This document shows positions 57,733-64,000 of a stretch of DNA of 64,000 bases, one piece after another (the first letter of the stretch is position 1; the number at the start of each line of letters is the position of its first letter). The DNA comes from Rebecca billardiae RCC1528. Taxonomy: Eukaryota; Protista; Haptophyta. The notes under the pieces were generated by a model. The model saw only the letters and a list, made by a program, of their open reading frames with translations, made no database searches and was not told the origin of the DNA. The translations under genes and the position numbers were made by a program. The stretch covers positions 930,001 through 994,000 of the forward strand of contig OZ251234.1 in NCBI GenBank assembly GCA_965240325.2. Reading direction: 5' to 3'.

Positions 57733-59407
57733 ATGGTGAAGCCTGCAGGGAGCGAGCTGGCGCAGGGCAAGCGCGCGCGCAGCGGAGCCACCGCCGAGAG
57801 GCGCGGGCCCGTCGGGCGCGTCGTCGACCCGGCCGAGCCGCGCGATCGGGCACACGCGCCCCCGCGCGCGGTGCCCGCGCGCCCGCGGCTGAGCTCGGCG
57901 GGGCAGCGGCTGGCACCCTCGCCGCCACCCGAGCGCCGCGCGTCAAAGCGAGCGCGTGGCGCCCCCGCTGCCGCCGCTGCCGACGCCGCCGACGCCGCCG
58001 ACGCTGCCGACGCCGCCGACGCCTCGCCGCCGTGCTGGCTCGACATTGTGCCGGATGAGCTCCTCGCTGCGCACGTGCTCTCTCGGTTCGGCACGGCGCA
58101 CCTCCTGTACCTCCGGCTGGTCTGCCGAAAGTTCCGCGCGTGCGTGCAGTACACGAGTCACGTGGAGCTCGCGCGCGCGCGCACGCGGCTCAATGCGCCG
58201 CGCGCCCGGCGGCTGCTAGCGCTGTTCCCTGCGGCTACGCACCTCCGGTTTCACGGCTGCCTCAAGGCCGACGCGATCGACGTGCTCACCAGTGCGCGCT
58301 GCGCGACGCGCGCGCGCGGCGAGAGGCGCGGCGCGTGCCGCGGTGTGCGCTCACCTGCGTGCACGCGCGCGCGCGCGTTCGCGCGACGCCCTTCCGCTTC
58401 GCAGCGCGCCCGGCCGCGGCGGTGCGCAGCCTGGCGTTGCGCGGCGCGTGCCTGGGCGGCAGCGAGTGCCTCCAGCTGGGCGTCTGGCTGGGCTCCGCGC
58501 CCTCCGTCGAGCTGCTCGAGCTCGACCTGGCGGAGAACGCGCTGACCGCGGTGTCCGACGCGAGCTCGGCCGCGCACACCAATTTTGCCGGGCTTCGGAC
58601 GCTGCTCAGCGCGTTCGCTCCGGTGCGCTCCTCGCCGCGAAAGCCCGCGCGGCCGAGCGCAGCCGGCGGCGCGGCGGCGTCGCCCCTCGCGTCGCGCGGC
58701 GGCGGCCCGGCGTCGCGCGTGCTGCGCGCGCTCGACCTGTCGAAGAACGAGCTGCTGCCCGAGGGCGCCTCCATCCTCGCCGGCGTGCTGCGCCTCTCGC
58801 GCACGCTGCCGTCCGCCTGGTGTGGCCTGCAGGTGCTCCGACTGCGCGGCACGCTGCTCGGCTCGGAGGGCGCCGAGACGCTGGCGCCCGCGCTGTGCCG
58901 CTGCATGGCGCTGCGCGAGCTCGACGTGGCCTCGTGCTTCCTGTACGACGCCGGGTGGGAGGCGCTCGCCGCGATCCTGCACACGCCCCGCCAGCCCCTC
59001 GAGACGCTCGATATCTCGTGCAACGGGCTCGAGAAGGACGGTGCGCGCCAAGCCGCGCAGCGACGCGCCGAGCGCGGCGCCGCTGCCGCCCGTACGCACG
59101 CCGCGCACCCGCACCTCGCGCGCGCTCGCGCTTGACGTGCGCGCCCGCGTCCACCCGGCCTCGCCCGACCGCAGGCGCGTGCGTGCTCGAGGAGGGCATG
59201 CGCGCAAAGCAGGGCGGCGCGCGCCTGGCGGGCTCGCTCGGCGCGGCGCGCGTCCCGCTCAGGCGGGTGGTGGCGTGCGAGCAGCAGGGCTGGGGCTTCA
59301 ACGAGCGGAGTAGCCTCCAGGCGGTGGCGCTCACGCAGCAGCCGCGCATCGAGCTCGTCCTCGTGGGCAACATGGCGCGCGCGCTTGGCGTCCACGTCAC
59401 GCACTGA
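57733..59407 (+). CDS. F-box / RNI-like leucine-rich-repeat protein, 3 exons
   Basis: F-box VPDELL..VLS....L..LRLVCRKF; LRRs LDLAEN, LDLSKN, LDVASC, LDISCN. Introns at 58292-58404 and 59041-59174. Confidence 0.82.
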
Positions 59408-59856
59408 CGCGCGCCGCACCGGTCGGCGCAGCAGTCCTACCGCCGCCGACAAGCGCGAGCACGAGAGCCCTGCGGCGAGAGCCTGGCAGACCTCTGGGCC
59501 AGCGCGCGCTGTGAAAGCACGCGCCCCAGCCGTCCGTCAGCCTCGGCGAAGTCTAGAATTCGGGATCCGGGGGAGAGCTCACACTGCCGTCAGGCCGAGG
59601 CGGAGATTGACGCCCGTCACAATGATACAGTAGCAGCGACGAGCACTCCTCTAAGGTGAGCTGGCGAAGACGGCTCCTTTCGACTCTGCCCAACCGGTGG
59701 CGACAGGCGAGTGCCGTGCCGGTGGCTCGCCGGCGCGTCGTTGTCGGCGACCATGGAAACCGGACGGTTGGTCACTGGTTTCGCCCGTCTAGCGCGCTAG
59801 CCGTGCAGCGTACTCCATCCAGCGAGCGCAGAAACCGCGTTCCAGCGGGCGCGCGC

Positions 59857-61125
59857 ATGGCGAGCTCAGTCGGGGCAGTTCTCAGCCCGCGGACTCGGGC
59901 TGATGAACAGTCGCCCGGAACGGGCTTGCTATCTCGTGATCTCGGCAGCTCACGGCCGACGTGCGCAGCGCCCGAGATGACCGACTCGCCGCGCGCCTCG
60001 CACACGAGCAGCAGCGCGAGCACGAGTAGCGCCGCGCCCAACGTGTGCGCGGGCCTCTCGTCCACCGCGGCCTACTACCGCACGGCCAACCAGCTCGAGC
60101 CCGCGCGCTCGCCCGTGCGCTACCACGGCAAGGCGCACAAGGGGCCGCAGTCGCCGCGCTCGTCGCCCGACAGGAAGAAGTCGCAGCAGGCGGGCGGCGA
60201 GGCGCCGGCGCCGATCGCCGAGGAGGTGGAGACGGAGAAGCCACCCGTCAAGCATGCCACACATGGCACGCAGACCCTGCCCATGGAGCCGCCCAAGCCC
60301 GTTGAGGACCCCGAAGTCGCGAAGCGGCGCGAGAAGCAGGCGGCCGATACTGCCGCGTTCGCGATCGTGCTGCTGCGGCTGCTGCGCTCCGAGGAGGCGG
60401 ATTTCGACAAGCTGGTGGAGGCGCATTCGAACCAGGAGGCGTGGCACATCTCCGACATGAACGAGCTCAAGCAGCGCGTGCGCGACGCCGAGGACCGCGT
60501 GCTCGAGTACAAGAGCAAGCTGCGCGACGCCGAGACGCGGGCGAGCGAGGCGGACGAGCGCGCGGCCCACTTCTTCGAGCGCAGGGACTCTCCGGAGGAC
60601 GACGAGCGCGCGCTGTTCCAGCGCGACGTGGCGGTCTCGCCCGCCGCGTACGGCGGCACCAGCCCGATGGGGGCCGGGAGCTTCTCGCAGCCGAGCCAGA
60701 AGCCGACGCGCGGCGCGGACATGACGGCGCGGGTGAGCGGGCTGCAGGCGCCGCCCAGCCGCGTGGGCCAGAGCTCGTCGTTCCAGGGCTCGCCATCCGC
60801 CCAGGCCGAGCGGTACATGGACGCCATCTCCAAGCCCCGCTCGCAGACCGGCTCGTTCATCAAGTCCTCGCCCGCGCACTCGCACAAGTCCTCGCAGTCC
60901 AAGGCGTCTGACGCGGCGTTGACGCGCGTGTCGCTCGGCCTGGGCATGCCTGCGGAGGACAAGGCGTCGGCGGCGCTGTCGACCGCGGCGGCGATCAGGC
61001 AGCAGCGCCGCGAGTCCAACGTGCCCGCGTTTGTCGGTGGCGGCGCCGGCCCCGGCCCTCGCCGTAACACGAGCGGCTCGGACGGTGGCTCTTTTCGCAC
61101 CCCCGCCACCAGCTTTCACAAGTAG
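59857..61125 (+). CDS. Hypothetical Ser-rich coiled-coil protein
   Basis: Long ORF with GC-rich third codon positions and a heptad segment ELKQRVRDAEDRVLEYKSKLRDAE. Start may be 59977. Confidence 0.7.
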   Translation: MASSVGAVLSPRTRADEQSPGTGLLSRDLGSSRPTCAAPEMTDSPRASHTSSSASTSSAAPNVCAGLSSTAAYYRTANQLEPARSPVRYHGKAHKGPQSPRSSPDRKKSQQAGGEAPAPIAEEVETEKPPVKHATHGTQTLPMEPPKPVEDPEVAKRREKQAADTAAFAIVLLRLLRSEEADFDKLVEAHSNQEAWHISDMNELKQRVRDAEDRVLEYKSKLRDAETRASEADERAAHFFERRDSPEDDERALFQRDVAVSPAAYGGTSPMGAGSFSQPSQKPTRGADMTARVSGLQAPPSRVGQSSSFQGSPSAQAERYMDAISKPRSQTGSFIKSSPAHSHKSSQSKASDAALTRVSLGLGMPAEDKASAALSTAAAIRQQRRESNVPAFVGGGAGPGPRRNTSGSDGGSFRTPATSFHK

Positions 61126-62065
61126 CGACATCCGGTCTGAGTCGCGCGCAGCAGCGGGGCGCGAGAAGTGCGTGGGCGCTGCGAGCTGCGTGGCACTCGA
61201 CGTCGAGCCGCAGCTCACTGGGGGTCGTAGCGCGCGCCGAGGCGCCAATGGTGGCGCGCTGGCAAGAGCGCCTCAACTCAGCCCCGCCCGTGGCGGCGAG
61301 GCGCTCGCGCTGTGTGACGGCAGCAGCTCCGTGAGCTCGTGGCTGCCGTTGCCAGATGCTTGGCAGCATCGCCGTCGGCCGCATGATGCGGTATCACTAT
61401 TTACACCAACCCGGTATGGCCACGCCGAGGCCTGTGGCCTGGGCCGCTGGGCGCTGAGCACAGAGCAGCCAGCACTAGGTTAAGTAGCCGCAGTCCGGCA
61501 TTGGCGGGGGCGCCGGGCCGAGCGGCACGGACCGGAGCCTCAGCCCGGAGACGAGCCAGTATACTCCGACGCGCCGCGGGGGAGACAGGTCACAGCCGGG
61601 ATCTGTCAGCGCTGACTAGAGGGACAAAGCTAGAGAGTAGAGATCGAGAGTCTTAACAGAGCCGTATCATATCAGCATCACTCATCAGTTATATTTTCAG
61701 TAGTCGTAGCGCATAGATAGCTAACAGTCCGTACGGTCGTCATTGAGCAGAGAATCACGGATCGAGATGACGATGAAGTGAAGATCGGTCGAGAATTAAA
61801 AATACATAATATATATATATAGCTACCGCCGCTAATAAAGTCGTGAGTACTACGACCAAGTAGCACTAGCAGTCTTCATCATCAATAAATTCAGATGATG
61901 AGACATGTCACATGACATTGACAATGCTGCACTGATGCGGCACTCGGGTAGTTTTAAATTATATATATAATAATAAAATACAATAATAATAAATTTTTCA
62001 ACTAATCACTGCCACAATGTGAGTTAATTTATTCACTCGCCATAGTGTATCGGCAGCACAGTATC

Positions 62066-63680
62066 TCACCGCGGGGGCGGTGCCATCGCGTTGCCTGAAG
62101 TGCGCGGCGGCAGCGGCCCGGATGCTCGTACATTGACATCGTCCACGAACGCGCCATGCGCGTTGCGCTGCACCGGATGGGCCGGTGGCGCGGGGCCCGC
62201 GCATGTGCTGCCACCCGGCGCGAAAGCGCTGCCAGCGCGGGCAGACGCCGGTCTCGCCGAAGCGGCGCCCGCCGCGCCCGCTGCCGCCGCTCCGCCCGGC
62301 AGCCCGGCGGCGCCGCCACCGCCCGGCGGTGCGCCCGCGCCCGCAGCGGCTGCGTGCTGCCTTGCCGCGCTCACGTGCGTGTGCCACGCCAGCAGCCACT
62401 TGAGGTCAGTGAGCAGATACTTCATGGCGCGCGTCCACAGCTCCTCGGCGTTGAACTGGAGGCGCACGGAGAGCATCGTGTCGCCACTGCCGATGCGGTC
62501 GTCCTCAATGCGGTACGGCGGCTCGCCAAGCGCGGGCGCGGAGTGCGTGCGCGCGTGCGCGAGCAGCGCGCCCACGCAGCCGAGGAACACGCTTAGCGCA
62601 CGGTCGAAGCGGGTGCCGGAGAAGATGCGGCCGAGCTGCACGCCTCCCGAGCCGTACAGCTCGTACTGCTGCGCGCGCGGCTCGTCGGTGGCGGAGACCT
62701 TGGAGAACGAGCCGAGCGGGTGGATCGCGTGCCGCGGGAACGTGAGGTGGTGGTGCCGCGCGAGCGTGTCTGCGAGCAGGGCCGCGTGGCCGAGGGCGGC
62801 GTTCACCTCAGCCCACTCGACGCGCACGCCGGGCAGCCTGCCGAGCCGCAGCCCGTTGATCGTGCCGAAGGGGCCTTCGAACCAGATGTCGAAGACGTCG
62901 TCGTACGCGGAGGTGCAGCGCAGCCGGCGGAGCTCGCGCGTGCAGTGCGCGAGCAGCTGCGCCGACGCCGTCTCCTCGTCCGCCGCCGCCTGCGCGCCCA
63001 GCTGGGCCTCATCGAGCGCACGCCACGCGCCCTCCTCCTCGCAGCTGAGAGCGCGCGCCGCCCCGCGCACGCGGCCGAGCTCGGCGTCGGCGGCGCTCTG
63101 CTCGCGCTCGAGCGCGTCGAGCTCGTCGGCAAGCCGCTGCTCCTCGAGCGCCAGCCGCGCGCACTCGCGCTCCAGGTCCTGCGCGGCGCGCGCGGGTGGG
63201 CGTACGCGAGCGCCCACTGGCAAGTCAGAAGGAGCAAAGCGGGTGCAGGGCGCATGGCGCAGAGCGCGCGGCGCGCACCTCGCGCGAGAGCGGCTCGCCC
63301 GCGGCACGCCGACGCTCCTCGTCGAGAGCCGACTGGAGCACCTCGTTCTGCGCCGCCATGTCGTCGATGCGCCCCTCGAGATCGTGCAGTACGAACGCGG
63401 CGCACTCGGCGCACAGCGGCAGCTCGCGCTCGCCCTCGCGCGCCTCGCGCCCCAGGGACATGAGGAGGGCCTGCTGCTGCATCTGCTCGTGCGCGTTTGT
63501 GAGCGACTGCATGTCCGAGCGCGCGCCGCCCGCGTGGTGCAGGAGCAGCTGCTGCTGCGGCCCGGGCAGCACGAGGAAGCTGTCGTCGAGACGTGCGCCG
63601 TGGCGCGGAGGCGTGCGCGCGCTCTGCGGGAACGGCGCGCTGCACGACTCGCAGCGCGCAGAGTGGGCGAGCGCCGCCAT
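62066..63680 (-). CDS. ATG6: Beclin-1/Vps30 autophagy protein, 2 exons
   Basis: DDSFLVL, PLCAEC, F.IW..G.FGTINGLRLG, VEW.E.NAALG, WTRAMKYLL.DLKW. Intron at 63179-63278. Confidence 0.95.
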
Positions 63681-63826
63681 CCAGGCGATGCGCGCGCGCG
63701 GGCACGCGGCGGCACGCCCGCTCCGAGGCGAGGACGACGACGAGACACCACGGCCGGGATGGCGGGCGGCCGCCACCGTGAGGTGTCAAGCCGGGCGGCG
63801 GCAGCCGGGCACGAATGCACAGCACG

Positions 63827-64000
63827 ATGGAAGCCGCCGGCCGCGAGTACGTGGTGATGGTGACGGGGGGTTTGGAGGACATTGCACTCGCGGAGATCGA
63901 GCGCACGCTCGAGCTCTGCGCTGCGCCGCGCGTGCTCACGCAAGCGGGCGGCGCCGATGGCGCGGCGGCGTGCGGCAAGCTGCTCGTGTGCACCGCGTCG
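63827..64000 (+). CDS. Probable THUMP-domain RNA methyltransferase N-terminus (truncated by window edge)
   Basis: MEAAGREYVVMVTGGLEDIALAEI...GKL resembles THUMPD2/3 N-termini. Only 58 aa are visible. Confidence 0.45.
   Translation, partial: MEAAGREYVVMVTGGLEDIALAEIERTLELCAAPRVLTQAGGADGAAACGKLLVCTAS

Overview
Very GC-rich eukaryotic nuclear DNA. Introns are short (mostly ~100-300 bp) with GTGCG...GCAG ends, and there are nucleus-encoded plastid proteins such as PAM68; this fits a photosynthetic protist, probably a haptophyte (inference only). About 17 host genes are present, many in compact head-to-head pairs: three bestrophin genes, a Kelch/coiled-coil protein, an intronless UNG-endonuclease III fusion, PAM68, NSE3/MAGE, a sulfotransferase, a GT47-like enzyme, an SPFH protein, a Ser/Thr kinase, GUCD1, an F-box/LRR protein, ATG6 and a partial THUMP protein. 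The mobilome is dense. It includes (1) an apparently intact PAT-like tyrosine-recombinase (YR) retrotransposon with split direct repeats at 14372-20121; (2) four ~1.11-kb CAAGGG...CCCTTG foldback elements, two of them nested; (3) a tandem segmental duplication at 36759-53019 whose first copy carries a 3.7-kb insertion made of an RNase H fragment, a 38-bp hairpin-repeat array, a YR gene and a ~970-bp perfect palindrome; and (4) Tc1/mariner-like, Helitron-like, Harbinger-like and pogo-like relics. The strongest candidates for new biology are the organelle-targeted UNG-Nth fusion, the YR/array/palindrome module, the constant-length foldback family, and a pervasive insertion-biased decay of repeats that includes a textbook TACAGTA excision footprint. 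All calls come from reading motifs by eye; no database searches were run.
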